A stretch of DNA of 64,000 nt, from the NCBI RefSeq assembly GCF_028641065.1, contig NC_073387.1, positions 12,524,001-12,588,000 of the forward strand, in the 5' to 3' direction. A model generated the notes under the pieces. The model was given only the letters and a program-made list of their open reading frames with translations, was not told the DNA's origin and ran no database searches. Each line of letters opens with the position of its first letter. Positions within the stretch are counted from its first letter, which is position 1. The translations under genes were made by a program, and so were the position numbers. This DNA is from Leucoraja erinacea. Taxonomy: Eukaryota. Shown here in pieces: positions 62,810 to 64,000 of the stretch.

Positions 62810-63150
62810 TAGAATAGCCTCGCTAAGATGCACAGGGTCTCTTGCCCCAGAGTTGGTGAATCGAGGATCAGAGGACGTAGGTTTAAGGTGAAGGGGAAAC
62901 GATTTATAGAAATCTGGGGCGTAACGTTTTCACACAAAGGATGATGAGTTTATGGAGCAAGCTGCCTGAGGGGGTAGGTGAGGCAGGGACTATACTAACG
63001 TTTAGGAAACAGTTAGATTGGTACATGGATGGGACAGGTTTGGAGGAATATGGACCAAACGCAGGCAGGTGGGACTAGGGTAGCTGGGACATGTTGATTA
63101 CTGTGTGCAAGTTGGGTCAATGCGCCTGTTTCCACATTATCACTATGACT
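62810..63150 (+). mobile_element. Decayed CR1 LINE 3' fragment
   Basis: ..cagaggacgtaggtttaaggtgaagggg..tttcacacaaagg..; CR1 3' UTR. Confidence 0.75.
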
Positions 63151-64000
63151 ATTAAGACATGAAAGATAGGCACAAAATGCTGGAGTAACTCAGTGGGACA
63201 GGCAGCATCTCTAGAGAAGGAATGGTGATGTTTTGGGTCAAGACCATGTGAGGGAGATCATGTCAAGTAGGAGTCGGAGGGAGCGAGATCATTTGGAGAG
63301 AAAAATTAATCTTCCTTCTCTGAGACGAAGGATCTAGTTAGAATGAGATCCTATTTGCTGGGAATTTGGGAAGGAAACCTAATGTCTTTCCTTTTCAAAC
63401 AATGTAACTCTCGGCAAAAGGATCTAGAGTGAGATTGTGTGTCATGTTCTCCTGAGATGCTGACTGATATGCTGAGTTACTCCAGCACCCTGGGTTGTCT
63501 CTGGTTAGCGTGGGATCCTGTTTACTGGAATTTTGGGAAGAAAAGGATAAATGAAAGCTTTTTGTTTGTTGTGAGTTAGCATGAGAGTGAGAAAGGGAGA
63601 CTTAATCCTGTTTACTAAAAGGCAGACTGAGTGAAGAACTCAATCCTCATTACTGGAAGTAAGGCTGAGAGGAACATCCGCTTTATGTGACATTAGACAG
63701 CTTGAGCTGGAGTGAGGCTAGATCTGTTCTTGTTGGGAATTATAGTGTGAGAATGAAGCAGCCTAGATCTTTTTTTGCTGGGAGTTATGGTGTTGGCGAG
63801 GGGAAGAGAGTAGTTGCTTATTTTTCTAGGGAGAATGGATCAATGTCCACTAGGAAATGGGGCTCAATTTGCTTTCTCTCAGGGCTTGAGTTGAGACGTA
63901 TCAGCAACAGCAACATCTTAATGGGAGGTTGGGTTGAGAAAGAAAGTGAAAAATATTGGATGCTGCCAGCTGCATTGATCAGTATATGCAGTGAACTTTC

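Overview
Eukaryotic (vertebrate) genomic DNA, most likely a cartilaginous fish (skate/ray), inferred from HE1-type tRNA SINEs and abundant CR1, Rex1 and Penelope repeats. The one host gene identifiable from protein sequence is a minus-strand histone mRNA stem-loop-binding protein gene, most like oocyte-type SLBP2. It has at least six in-frame coding exons between 39965 and 49177 and needs a GC-AG intron; its first exon(s) were not located. Two CpG-island promoters flank it. One is minus-strand at ~16.0-17.1 kb (TATA, ZNF143 and ETS motifs). The other is plus-strand at ~62.4-62.8 kb, with four CCAAT boxes and a CDE-CHR element. Recalled vertebrate synteny suggests FAM53C and CDC25C, but this is inference only. 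Most of the remainder is transposable elements: a decayed CsRn1-clade Gypsy LTR element with three nested insertions, a Tc1 relic, Harbinger-type MITEs, two copies of an unclassified ~1.04 kb DNA transposon with 7-bp TSDs, and many Penelope-derived repeats carrying minimal hammerhead-ribozyme motifs. There is a 134-N assembly gap at 55471-55604. Repeat boundaries are approximate unless TIRs or TSDs are given.
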